From contig CT868485.1 of assembly GCA_000165425.1 (NCBI GenBank), positions 186,001 through 250,000 of the forward strand: 64,000 bases of DNA. Direction: 5' to 3'. The position numbers and the translations under genes are program-made. The first letter of the stretch is position 1. Each line of letters opens with the position of its first letter. Shown in pieces: positions 37,801 to 51,040 of this stretch. The notes under the pieces were generated by a model. It saw only the letters and a list, made by a program, of their open reading frames with translations. It did not search any database and was not told where the DNA came from. This stretch comes from Paramecium tetraurelia (taxonomy: Eukaryota).

Positions 37801-40800
37801 TTTCTGATTCAATCAGTTTTTTTTTAATTTTGATGAAATTTTATAGAAATTAATCCTTTATTGTTGAAATCTCTTTATTGGATTTTGTTAAACTTGGTAA
37901 TACTTAGACAACTACATTCATCATAAATGGTGTATTGAAGAGTATTTGGAGATTAGAATTAAGAATAACATTTTGATATTTCTTAATACTCCAAATATTA
38001 AAAAGATTTTATGATAATTATTAAATTTGATTGTCATTTAAAGATTTAAATGTACTTTTACATTTCAATAGTCTTATTAAATGCTTTATTTCATTGTTAC
38101 TCAATAATTGATTAGAATTAGTATTCTGAAAATTTGTTTCTTAAACCAAAAAATCATAAATAGAATTCCAAACTTATAAAAACTCCGTTACAATAAATTG
38201 CTTTCCCTGTAAGGATATTAATTTCTCATAAATGCTGATAATAGATCTTTTAATGCAATATAAACAGTATTATTTAATATAATGCTGGCATTAATCTTCA
38301 TTCAAACTTAATAGCATGTTTTCTTTCATCTTTTCTAAACTGCTACCACAAAACCATGTTTAATACCCCATGACTGTTAATAGTTCCCTCCTTGATGTAA
38401 TAATAACTTTAAAATTTGAACCCATCACATCTTATCCAAATTCAGCAATAAATTTATTTGTATGAAATAGATTAGATTATATGTATTCAGATCTCATTTC
38501 ATCATAACTATCCAAAATTACAACCACTTTCAATTTCTTCTTCTTAATTGCTTCCTTCAATTCTTTAATTTGTATCTTATCAAATTAATAATATTCCTTC
38601 TCCAAACCTTGATCTATAATGTTAAATTAAGGATGTTTTATAGTAGGTAATGAAATAAACAATGGGATCCATTATTCATTATTAGTATGAATTTTCCACA
38701 ATTCAACTTCAATCCTTTCAGATGCTTTACTTTTACCAGACCCGGCCCTTCCAGTGATTAACATTACATCACACATTTTATCTTAATTTAAAAGAAAGCC
38801 ATTAATCTCTTGTTATAATTCCGATACTTTAATATCTTGTCCTGTAATTGGATCTATAATCATTGTGTTCAATGGAATATATATTTCACTCAATTCTTCT
38901 TGCTCTCTAGCTAATAGAACTCTTTATTTTCTGATTTCCAGTAATTCATCGTATTTCTTGCCCCTCAATCTACTTAGATCTACACTTAATTAATTTATAG
39001 AGTTTTAAATATTCTATATCTTTTCTTTAATTAAATGTAATTATTTTTAAATCTCCTTCAGAAAAACAAAATTTAGATCCATCTTAGAAGACATTTCATT
39101 AACACCTTCCACATATTCGTCTAATTCTTAATTAAGAATCAACATTTTTTTTTAAAGTTAATCTTTCTTTTTTGGATCAATTTCCATTTATATTTCTTGA
39201 TCGGTCACATTTATAATGTCAAATTTACCTTGAATTGTCTATTTCAAGGTTTCAGATACTGTGGTTATGTCTTTAGAAAATAATCTCCTTTAGAATTCGA
39301 TCATTTCTTTATTTTTAAGAACTCTTTTTACACGTTCATCCTTTTCATGAATCCACAACTATGATATTATGTTTTGACTAAATTTATTGATCGGTTCTTC
39401 TTAAATAATCTATTAAATCTTAATAATGTTGAATGCTAAACATTCTCTTATTTTATAATCTGATGATCCACTTTCATTATTATTCTTTTCTGTATTACTC
39501 ATTTATTATATCTACTATTGGGATTACCATATAAAGGGATCTAATTCAATTTCAACCTCAAAAGATTGATCAATATGGTCATCAAAATTATAGATAGTGT
39601 CAATCACACTTTAAATGATATCAATCTTAAGATTTTGTTCATTTATTGCAAATAAAGTTTCCTTTAAATTTCTCATATCTTCTAAATCTTTATTAAATTT
39701 CTTGTAGTGCATTGCTTTAAATGTTTACATAACCTCTTTTTGTATCTCATTAATTTAAACATTCTAATCATCTATTTTTTAAGAATTTAATAACAATAAA
39801 TTTATTTCATTTAAATTTTACAAAAACTCTTAAAAATCAAATAACTTTTATGATAAATAACTTTTCAAAAGTTTGAGTTAATTTAAGTTTTCTTATTATA
39901 ATGTTGCAGTAGTGTCTTCATCTTAAATATTTGTTTACTATTGATTATTATCAACAGATTTAATTTAATCTTAATACAATTTTCTTAGCTTCGATTCACT
40001 CTAATCTAAATTTGTAGGTTAAAGTTAGATTTATAGTAAGAGAGATTAGATGTCCATGAAGAAGCGCATTTAATCCTTTTTAAATTCATTTAGAGGCATC
40101 GCATTATTTAAAGAATCAAAGTCGGCATTAATTTATTTGATCAAAAAATTCAATGTCTCTTTATTTAATTACGATGCATTTTTGTAATCTTAAAATAATT
40201 CATCTACGTAATGCTCTTATCTTATTAGAACTTCCTTATGTTATTATTATAAATTCACTTCTTTTATTTCCTTTTGATCTTTATTTAATTTAGATTTAAA
40301 TGCTAATTCTACTTTATAGATTTAATACTCATAAATTCTTATTTAAGAAATTATGCCATTTAACAAATATATAAGATTGTAATTAACTTTAATCTAATCA
40401 AATAATGAAATCTCATTTTGATTCTATTGAAGTTTTTCAAACATCAATATAGCTTGCTTTACATAATGATTCAAAAATTCTCTGGATAATAATTTATTGA
40501 TCAAATTAAATAGCTAGTTATTATTAAATTAAACATCTCTTTATTAATGAGATTTAGAAGGAATTAATTAATTGGATTATTGATTAAATGATCTTAGGTT
40601 GTTAATTATTTTAGATGAAAATTCTGTGAATCTATTGATTGAACTAATGAATTTGGTAATATTGTATTGCTAAGTTTGTTTCATATGAATATATGAAGCA
40701 TTTTAGAAGTGAATTTAATAATCACTCATTACTTCATATTGATGTATTACAACTGATTGTATTTCATGTATTAGTTAATAAAAGGGTTCTCCAAAACTAT

Positions 40801-42394
40801 CTTTGATAATTTAGATTTAATTAGTTATTAATTTCCTTTGATCATCTGGTATTGCTGTCAAATCTAAGATAGATATCGTTAATTAGCAAGCGTTTGCTAA
40901 AGTTAATAGCTGAGATTAGTTTTCAACAATAAGAAATATCAAGCTTTTTGTATTCGATTCTAATTAAGAAACTAGAGATGCACAATGATCCTATTGCAAT
41001 TAAATGTTATTTTTTGTCAAGCCTTTGTTTTCTATTAAAATATTAAAATTCTGCTAAAAGTCTTAGTATAATATATTATAATCTGATGTAATTTTCTGAA
41101 TAATTGTTAATGTATTTTGACATTTCTCAATATTTAGATTACTTAGAAATGTATGGATATGTATATTATTATTTTTTTAACTAAATGTAAATTAGCAATA
41201 TGATTCACAAATAGTCTAATTTTAAAATGCTTTTTCTTCTAATAAATACTTTTAAAATTATCTAATTTTATTAAAACCAACCAGTTAGAATTAGCTTTCA
41301 AATTATTTCAGTATGCCATCTGATTAATAGTCGTTAAAGAAATTAATTTTTGCTTCATTCCTGTTATATGAGAGTAAAGTTAATACTTTGGCATGTAATA
41401 ATTTATTCCAATTTAGTTATTATTGGACAGAATCTTGAGTTTTAAAGAAATCGAATTTATTGACAATTGGACGATAAGTAAGTAATTCTGTAACGAGTTT
41501 TAGCCAACAAAAGTGGATTAACCAATTTTTGGAATTAGCGATATAAGTAGTATATCCATCCATCAATTAATTTAATTAACTTTTAACAGAAAACTACTAT
41601 TGTTTCAATTAGTTAATGATCAACCATTTTAAGGATTCGAAAAAGTAATATATTTCGTATAATTAAATACTATTCTCAATTTTCTTCTGTAAAGCAGTGA
41701 ATATAAATTATGCCCCTTCAATTAATGAGTAAATTAAGTCTTCTGTTGGTGACATTGACATAAACGAGGATACTAAACCAGACATAAAGTTGATCAAGAT
41801 TTCTTAACCTTTTTGAGAATTACTTCTGCAATTTTCAACACAAGCTTACATAATAGTTAATTCAAATTCTGCTCCAGTTATCCAAATGTTTTAAGATTCT
41901 ATTTTCAGATTGTTTTCGAATTCAGACAGATACTCCAATATTTATTGCTTGTATGAATCTTCGATAAATCTATCTTAATTTTTTAGTAAAACTGAAAATA
42001 CGATTCGGAACAAATCATTACAAATTTACAAAATTTAGAGACATAAGAATCCGGAGGCTCTTAGATAAACTGTAATTTGTCTCAATACTTGATCGAGTGA
42101 AATCAATGCAATATCAAATGCTTACGTAACTTACCTATCATTCTGACACAGCAGACCAAAGTTTTCTTTATTAAAATTAAACCACTAAATAGCTATCATC
42201 ACTTCATCACTTTAAGCCTTATCAAAGACAGTTGATGATTTTTCCGATATAATTTTACTATACTTTCTGAGATCTTCTAAGAGATTAGACTTTTATAATC
42301 CTGCTTGTTTTGAAAGTGGAATTGGTTATGGTTCTATTTTAGTGGTACCACATCCTCCTCCTCTCAAACATATATAATATTTGTCAATTCTCAT
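34835..42394 (-). CDS. NACHT (STAND NTPase)-pentapeptide-WD40 protein, 2519 aa
   Basis: 7560 nt from ATG to TGA, no introns seen. Walker A GRAGSGKS (~38729-38752), Walker B VVILDSYDEM, VIITSR, TPFMM, FSHTSIQEFYVAKY, pentapeptide-like stretch ~36750-36900, about 14 GH..WD repeats, C-terminal LLIQKGA. Confidence 0.92.
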
Positions 42395-42775
42395 TTTATT
42401 CAATATAATTATTTTGTTTATTACTATAATTAGTAATTTGAGGTATTTTATATAGAGAGGTTTGAATTAATTTTGGATTATAAAATAAAAAAAGGGCAGA
42501 TAGTTTTTGATTTAATTGATTATATGTATTTTTATACTATGAAATGTAGTTTATTATGTATTCTTATAATTTTTTAAGAATAAATCTTAAATGTAATTAG
42601 TAGATGATATTTAGGTTTGATAAATGACTAGGGTTGTGAATAATATTTGATTAATTTAAATTAGATCGTTAATTATATCTGATTTTTGAATGCTTTGATT
42701 GGAGTATAATATGATTTAGTGAATAAAATATTTGTATTGTTCTAGCAATTGTGTTATTAAATTAAATATCATAAA

Positions 42776-44298
42776 ATGGATCAATGTGATTCTTCAAAGT
42801 TGAAAATAGATTACTTGAGTTAGGAAATCCAAAATTTAAACCAAAGGTTAGAAGAATAGATAACTATAAACTTGCAATATTAAAGTCTCATTAATGGTCG
42901 AACTGATATGAAAATGCTCTTGAGTGTTATGCAATCGGAATAAGAACTTTTGAAATAATAAATAACGAAATTACTTACCGAGAGGAATGAAGCTGTATCA
43001 AAGGTAATTCGCCATGCAATTTAGGTTCTAATTCTAGAATAAATACTCTAAGTCACTCAATAGGAAAATGATTTCATTCTCAAAGAGTCAGAACAAAGAA
43101 TTAAGCAACTGCAAGAACAAATAAAATATTATGAGTAGTCATGCTAAAACTTGAATCTTTATGAGAACGATCCTCAAAATCAGGGTTATTTAATAAAGTA
43201 TAAATAAGTATAAATATATTACATAATTAAGATAGTGAATTTGAATGAGTCCACCTTGAGATTACAATAGGAGATCGAGAATTACAAGATTCAATTGGCT
43301 TTGGCTCACATGAAGATGAGTAAGTTATAAGAATCCAAAAACGATTTAATCTAGTTGAACTTTGTAAATCAGCATAATATACATTTAGACTCTCTCGAAC
43401 GAAATATGTAGATTGAAGATGTAACCAAATCAAGGAGTGAAAAATGTAGACAAATACATTACCTAGCTAATTGAAGTCCAAAAGAAGTTGGTGTAGATTG
43501 AAGATGATGATTCCGATAAGGATTGCACATCTCCAATGCAAGACAGAATTCAATGTTTTTCAAATAAATGTATAAATGAATCAATATTGAGAGACCATTT
43601 TCACTTAGCACAATATGCCAAAATTGGATTTGAAGAGGGCTCAGCAAATATAAGCCTTTACCTTATAGCAAATCAACATGAAGCAACAAAAGAACCAAGA
43701 TTTAAATCAATAAGAAGAACTGTAAAAATGGGTAAGTGAATATAAGTATTTGAAAAATAACTACGATGCCTCTAAAATACTATTTGATTAATTGAAGATT
43801 CAATTCGAGGATCTCTAAAGGAAATACCATGAAACCTTATCAATAAACGCCACTTTGATTCGGGCTAACCAAAATTACGAAGAAAAATGGTAGAGCATTA
43901 ACAAACAGCATAATATATATAAGGAATTCTATTTACAGTATAAGGATTCCATTGAGATATTCAATAAAAGTCTAAGCAATAAAAAATTACAAGAATCGCT
44001 ATCCGAAAGAAAGGATCTGTGTGAATTTTCAATTTAAGATTCAAAGTTGAGACCGACATCATAATTGAGGAGATCCAGTGTTAATGTGGTTGGGATTACA
44101 TCAGTGGATTCAACTACCAATTGCATCAATTACAAAGATAAATTAATCCAGATGACTAAGGATGTTTTTTAAATATTTAAGAAGAAGTAGAATGAAAATG
44201 AAAGTAGCGATGAAGATATTCCCAAGTTGAATCAAATGAAAAGGGAATTTACTGTGTCGAACAATTTTCAATCTAAATAAAGACAAGTAAAAAAATGA
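42776..44298 (+). CDS. Uncharacterised coiled-coil protein
   Basis: MDQCDSSKLKIDYL start, heptad-rich N-terminal half, GT-AG microintrons; internal exon structure not fully resolved. Confidence 0.65.
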
Positions 44299-44333
44299 TA
44301 TTTATCCACACATTTTTTGCATGATAATGTATA

Positions 44334-44908
44334 TCATTATTTGCCTTTCTTTTCCTTTTTCTTCGATGGAGATGGTTTTGTTTCTTCTGTTACTTAAGTA
44401 TTAGGTTTTTGAGTATCTTATACTTCATCCTCATCAACTTCCTCCTCTACTTCAATTTCAACCATCTTCTTTACTTTCCTCTTCCTCTTCTCCTTTTTCT
44501 CAGGCTACTCATAAACGACTTGATCTCGCATAGCTTCTATTATGATTCCCAATAAAATTGCTTTGTATCCAACACTTTAAACTATTTTTCATATTAATAC
44601 TGCTATAAGGCTTCACTAAGTTCCTGCATCTCTAATTTTAAACAATAGCGAACAATCAATGAGAGATCTACAACGCCAATTAATAAAAAAGCCATAAGAA
44701 GCTTCTTTATGTCAATCAAAATGCATAAGCCTAACGCAATTGCGAACAAAGCTTAAATAGCATGCTAAATGATTAAACTTATTTAATATACATTGGGAGT
44801 AAACTCAAGAACGTGTTAAAATGGATAATAGGGCAATTTGGTTTCAATGAACAAGTACCATCCCGTAACAAAAAAATAAATGGTGGCAGGAATAAGCAAA
44901 AATTTCAT
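44334..44908 (-). CDS. Small membrane protein with charged C-terminal tail
   Basis: MKFLLIPATIYFFVTGWYLF, further hydrophobic segments, two microintrons, tail ...KKKEKKGKQ*. Confidence 0.7.
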
Positions 44909-45720
44909 TAAATATATTTAATATTTTCTTATAATAATGAATTATCCATTCTCTAATGTTCCATTTTCGCTAAAGGAGTATTAATTGAGCATATAAGTAA
45001 TTAGAAATACTATATTTATATATAATCACAATAAGAGCTAAGTGGACATTTGGGATTCTTTCTTATTTGTTTCACGCAAGTAATTAATAGTATAAATTTG
45101 ATCTATTTTAATCAATATGCATATGAAACAATTGATCAAGGATTCAATGAATAGGAGTATAAGTGGAGCTAATTTGGTTTTGTAGTTGTCATTGATGGGC
45201 ATTTGAAAAATATAGAAGAGTACAAAAAGATTATATACAAATTATAGTCCAAAATAGATTATTTCCACTAAATGCAATTTATTCATGTAGTTTTTGATGT
45301 AATATCTTGTCTTATTAATGAGTATGAGAGTCATCATAAATAGCATGATAATGTTGGAGGGCATCAACCATAACAAGACAGTGCAAGAGTCACATTAAGT
45401 ATTAGGCATTCTCTATTTGTACAGCAATTAGTTATCGAAATCAAAACATCTCTCCATGGCATTGAATGATAATTGACAAGTATTTTCGTTGTTTTCAGCT
45501 ATATTTAGAAAGTATAGAGTGATGTTGATGGTGATCAAGACAATTACAAGAATAATTTCTGTTCTGAGTATATTCTTAATTTATTTAGAAATTGGATTCA
45601 TTAATTAATAATTGAAATATAAACCAATGAGGAGGAGACTTGAATAAAAGAGTATGAATGGAAAGAGGAATTTTAATTATGGAATATAAATTATTATTTA
45701 TATTTTAAGAACACAGAATT

Positions 45721-47133
45721 ATGAAATATCCATACGAATTCCAACAATAAGATGTACCTCTATTGGAATTGGCATTGGCAATTCTAATGTTGGGTAGTTT
45801 TTTCAATGATCTGCTTTTGATTTTGATTTATGATGTCCAGATTGATTTGACTGAGAAATCACAGATGATCTTTTCAACAGCATTCATAATCCTATTTATG
45901 ATCAAATGCCAGAAAATGAGACTTACTATATATCTATTAATACCTGCATACATCACTTTGATAATATCAAAATATTGGTCTCATCAATCGTATTTCATGG
46001 TATTTTTGGGCTTATTGTTTTAAATTGGGTATGTTTCTTTAGTGATGGTAATGCCATAATATAGATATCCTAAGCCAACTGGTAAGTATTTGGTAGGATT
46101 TAGAGAAGTAAAATTACAGAATGGAGATTTGGTTTCTATATACTATCCAACTCTGAAGAAATCTAAAATTAGATCCATTAATTCTTGCAGGAATAGAGAT
46201 TACATCAAATAAGTTTACAATGACTTTTAGCATGTGATGCATTGGAGACCTCCTATTATGTTCATTTATTGGATGTTGGGATTCCTGAATAAAGTGAAGG
46301 TGGAAGATATAGAAGTTGACTCCCCAATAATAGAGGGTAAATTGCCTACAATTGTATTTTCAAATGGATTGGGAGGTTTGAAAGATCACTATTCGGTATT
46401 TTATAAGGAATGGGCAAGCAATGGATATCAAGTATATTCGATATAGCAGTAGGAAGTCACAATAATTCTAAATGAGAAGGAGATTCATCAATATAAAATT
46501 GGAGAGGCTACGTTAGAGAATCAATTGGGATAGCAGATTTTAAGCAAAGTTAAAATGATTAGACATCAATAATTAAATGACCGAGTGACTAAATTTCAGT
46601 CGTTGCTGGATTATGTATATAAATAACAAAATGTGGATTTTAACAAAGTAATTGGAGCAGGTCATTCCTTTGGGGCTGCAACTGTTCATCGCAGCGCATA
46701 GATAGATAACAGAATCAGTGCTGGGATTATACTATTCGATCCTTGGTTCTTGCCATTCTCAGAAGACACTTTGAATATCAAATTGTCAGTGCCTTTATTG
46801 AGTGTCAATAGTGAGACCTTTAGATTGCGAAAGGAGAATGAAACTCCACAAAGATACAGTGTTGTTTTTAATGCACAATAAAAGAAATTAGTGATTATGA
46901 TCAAAGGGTCATAACATCTATGCACAACTGATTTGGTGTACAAGATGCCCTTTGAGTTAAAGATGTTTACGAAATTAAACAATCTTAATAAAATTTTATA
47001 AATCACCATTGCGCATTTAAGATTATCTTAATATTTTATGGACTCCTTGTCACCCCAGAAGACTCTAACAAGGTTTGAGGAGTTTAGTAAGGAATCTTTC
47101 AGGCAACCAATACATGAGATTGAATATAAATGA
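45721..47133 (+). CDS. PAF-acetylhydrolase-like alpha/beta hydrolase with N-terminal TM helices (470 aa)
   Basis: YPKPTGKYLVG, YYPT, PTIVFSNGLGG, EWASNGYQV, nucleophile elbow GHSFGAAT, FDPWFLP, GSQHL; intronless. Confidence 0.9.
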
Positions 47134-47157
47134 ATGTATATATTAATATTTATGGAA

Positions 47158-47418
47158 TCACAAATACACAGCAGCTGTGACATGAGCTGCTTAGTTTGTA
47201 TGAGGTAATGGTTCAAACACTTTCACTTAGATTCTCTTGTGATCTTCTGTTTCCACAATGAATTGATAGTTTGTTCCGGCGACAATTTAATGACGTACTT
47301 CAATGATTGTGAAGGTTTAATGATGTGAGCCCAAATGTTGATTGATACCGTGATGAACAACTCCTAAGACTTAGTGGTGTCTCTCTTCCACTTCTACTAC
47401 TGCCCAACCTCCCATCAT
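47158..47418 (-). CDS. Type 1 cystatin (stefin), 86 aa
   Basis: MMGGW N-terminus, QIVAGTNY (QxVxG; Q encoded by TAA), VKVFEPLPH; no signal peptide or disulfides. Confidence 0.92.
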
Positions 47419-47559
47419 CTTTTTTTAAGTTTATTTTATTAATAAAATATCCCAATCATCTTCTGAAATTTAAACACTTATATTAATTTATGGAATACCT
47501 CGTATTATATGACACGATATATTAATATCACTTTGATGTCAATCACATCTTTCCTGTAT

Positions 47560-48047
47560 TCAATACTACTTGGCCATCTTACATAAGATATTACTGTTTG
47601 AGAAGAAAGGTGGAATGTGGATGTTGGATCTACATCAATTCAAAGATTTAATATATATTGGACAGTTAGATTTTTGAATCAATACAAATAGAATGCTCAA
47701 ATTCAAATTCATGAGTTCACGAAAAACTTCATTGACACCCAATTCATATAAACTATGAAGAATGTAACCACTGATAACAATGGAATGGCAAATCCCACTA
47801 CTGAACCTTGAATCAAAGATATAGCCATCATTAGCATAAGCAAGATCACAGCAATTATGAGAATCCAACCAATCACCTCATTTATTTTTGTGTTTGAGAA
47901 ATTAACTGAGTTGAACCTTTGCTCGTAAAAGTTAATGGGACCAACAGGAAACTCTTTTTTTTGCAATTAATAACCATTTTTCATTTTCTCCTACTGCAAT
48001 ATCAACTGGTAGTGATTCAAGTTTATATGCACGTTCAGGGTAGCCAT
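47560..48047 (-). CDS. Small two-TM hypothetical protein (3' end uncertain)
   Basis: MATLNVHINL start; hydrophobic pair VIGWILIIAVILLMLMMAISLI and VVGFAIPLLSVVTFFIVYM; continuation past 47709 needs a putative 25-nt intron. Confidence 0.5.
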
Positions 48048-48530
48048 GATTAGTATTAAATAATTTTATTTATTAATATTAAAAGTCCTTTGAATTCTAA
48101 TCAAATTATTTATAAATCAATGGTTTATATATATTGATATTAAATTATTTCTATATCTCTTATTCATTTTACAGAATAGTTCATAAATGTGATTAATTTT
48201 ATTCCATATTTTACATAATTTCTAATATTTATTATTCATTTTATATCATATTTTTATTTAGTTCTTTGGAGATGGCTCAAAATCACTTATTTTAGGAAAT
48301 GCTGAAATTAATATACATTTAATCCCTCCTCTTTACTTCAATATAAATACTAAAGTTACTGTTAATTAGTTCTTCTTCTAAATATCATATATTTAATCTC
48401 AATATTGTTGAGATGTCTTAATACACCCTCCCTACATTAATTCCACTTCCTTGATTCTTTAATTAATTGTCACATAAGAATGGCAATAGTTAAGTTAATA
48501 TAGTAATTAATTCATAATATATATAATAAT

Positions 48531-49458
48531 TCATTTATTTTCATCAATAAAATCCACAGTTTCCAAATCTGATGTTAACATATTGTGGAACTTATTGAAC
48601 TCTGCCTATATGTATCCAACCTATTAGCTTGCATGTTAAATCTGATTTTTTTCATCCTATTTAACTTATGCATGATAATTAGATGCAATTTAACATATTT
48701 CTCTGATTTCTTTGAGGTATTAAATGTGATTGTTTGCTTTGATATGCAGAATCTTAGATTTGAGAGGAGAAGGAGACTAATTTGGGGAATTGGCTGAATG
48801 CTAACTCTTGTCCATCTTCTTTGGAGGAGCAATAGGAGTAGACATCACTGTTTGAAGTTTCAATTTTATTGGGCTATCCGATGGGATGCCTATCTTTTAA
48901 TAGAACTTTTTGAATCGAGCATAACTAGGATCGATCGATTATTATGCATTTGGTTGAGTATTTAATTTTATAGGCGAGGCTGAAGAGTGATTACTAGGAG
49001 CAGTACCTATTTCACGTAAGCGAAATTCGATAGACTGTCTCCTAGTGAGGAACTGCATTTTACGTGGTTCTTTATTAGAGGTCACACTCTAACCACCATC
49101 ATAAGGCTTTATTAGACTTTAACGAGATTTCTCTATGAGTGATTTATAATTATTAGTCATAATTGTCCATTTCTCTTCCTTAATCTCATCCAGTTTTATA
49201 TGAGGATCTATTGTCACCTTCTAGAAGGACTTGAAGAATAATATCTTTTTCTTCTTTGGTTAATTGTTGTATTCAACATCATGCAAAGGAGCCTGGACTT
49301 CTTCAGCACTCTTTCTCCTCATCATATACTTTATAACAGTTGGACTTTGATCAGCCTTGACATCTTCCATCTTCTTCTGAATGAGCCTAAGTTTTTTAAA
49401 CTAAAATATAACCGAATGCAATTACATATTCTTATTAAGACTTTGTATTTTACTCCAT
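48531..49458 (-). CDS. Uncharacterised basic S/P-rich protein
   Basis: MEQNTKSQQEY| one 25-nt intron, then an open frame to ...DFIDENK*. Confidence 0.7.
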
Positions 49459-49969
49459 TAATTTATTAAATGGAATAAATATTACTCTAATTCATACACA
49501 AGGAGAAGGAATCTACTAGCGTTAACTCGCAGATTCAACTCTGAAAAATGTTGGAAAATCAAATCAAGTTTTGAATTATTGCTAATTCTAACGATGATAC
49601 TGTCTATACAACCAGTAAATCAGAATCTAAATTATAATAACTTTATTGGTTGCAGACAGATATTTAAATAATTGAATTTCAACTATTGATAAATTGGGAC
49701 AGGTGATATAACATTTTAATTATCTCTATTAGATACTTATTTTTCATATTGATATTGGGCAATTATGAATAAGAGTATTATTGAATTTTTTTAGTTCAGA
49801 ATATAAATCTATTGCAGTATTTAAATTAAAAAAGGAGGTTTATAAATACTAGTTTCTATGCTCAATTTAGAAGGCTCAGAATATAATAAGATAGAAATTT
49901 CACAAAGATTAACTAAATATGCATTTAGATTAAAAATGAAATGGGTTTATTTTATAAATTATTTAAGAA

Positions 49970-51011
49970 TCAATAAAGCTATTAATTTAAGTACTCGATG
50001 AATTAATTAGCCCCGATTGTTTATATGACTTCTAATTTTAACCTCTCCAAGTAGAATACTTATTCTCTTATCTTATCATATGACAATCCAAAATTCTTTG
50101 TTGCTCTCAATTTAAATAATAGCTTACATCTCTAAATCAATAATTCCTTATTAAAAATACTCTCTGTATTGCAAACATGAATTATGGTTCAATAGCGGTT
50201 TAATAAACATGTCAGTTCCATTTTTAGCAGATTCCATTAGCTTCTTAATTTCAATAGGAATGGTGGAGTCAATCAATAGATTAATTAGTTCAGTGCACAC
50301 ACTCCAACGTCGTTATGATGTGGCCCCATATTATTCTTGCAAGGTCTGAATACTCTACAATCCATTCAATTAAGATAATTATTTATGATATTCTTCCCTG
50401 AAGTTTTCGACCTGCATAATATATTCTCTAAAGATATACTTATAGATTTTTTATTTTGTATTATTCCAAATTACACTCCAATTGTTGGATTTGCTCTGTC
50501 AACTCCTTGACTTTATTTTCTAACAATTCCACATACACTTTCTTTCTTTTTCTAGAATTCCTTGCCGACTCTCTATTTTTAGCCAATCGACTCTTTCCAT
50601 CTGATGAGTCGCTTTCAACAATTACTTTCTGACGACTAAGTGGATAAAGCAATTATACGTTTGCTTTGGCTTGCTTACAACAGCAGGGTTATCAATTAAT
50701 TGCTATATTTTATTTAGATAGAGACTTTTGGATTGATTAGCCTAAAAGACTTCTTTGTTTTGTTTCAATAGATCCTCCTCCTTAGTTTTCTTGAACTTTT
50801 GCAACAGTTGACTTCCAACAAGAGCTTTAGAGCGTTCATACACAATTGGTTATTCTGGCTCATTTTATTAATCTGCATAATTGTTCTCATTCTCAAACAT
50901 CCAATCTTGTTCGACTCTGTATTCATCGTCAATATCTACAACAGACATATTGTTTTGATTCAGAATATTCAGAAAAGTATCCGAAGGTACAATCTAAAAT
51001 GAACGATTCAT
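49970..51011 (-). CDS. bZIP transcription factor
   Basis: RLAKNRESARNSRKRKKVYVELLENKVKELTEQIQQLECNL basic region plus zipper. Confidence 0.9.
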
Positions 51012-51040
51012 GTTAATTATTATATTTATATTGTTTTTAT

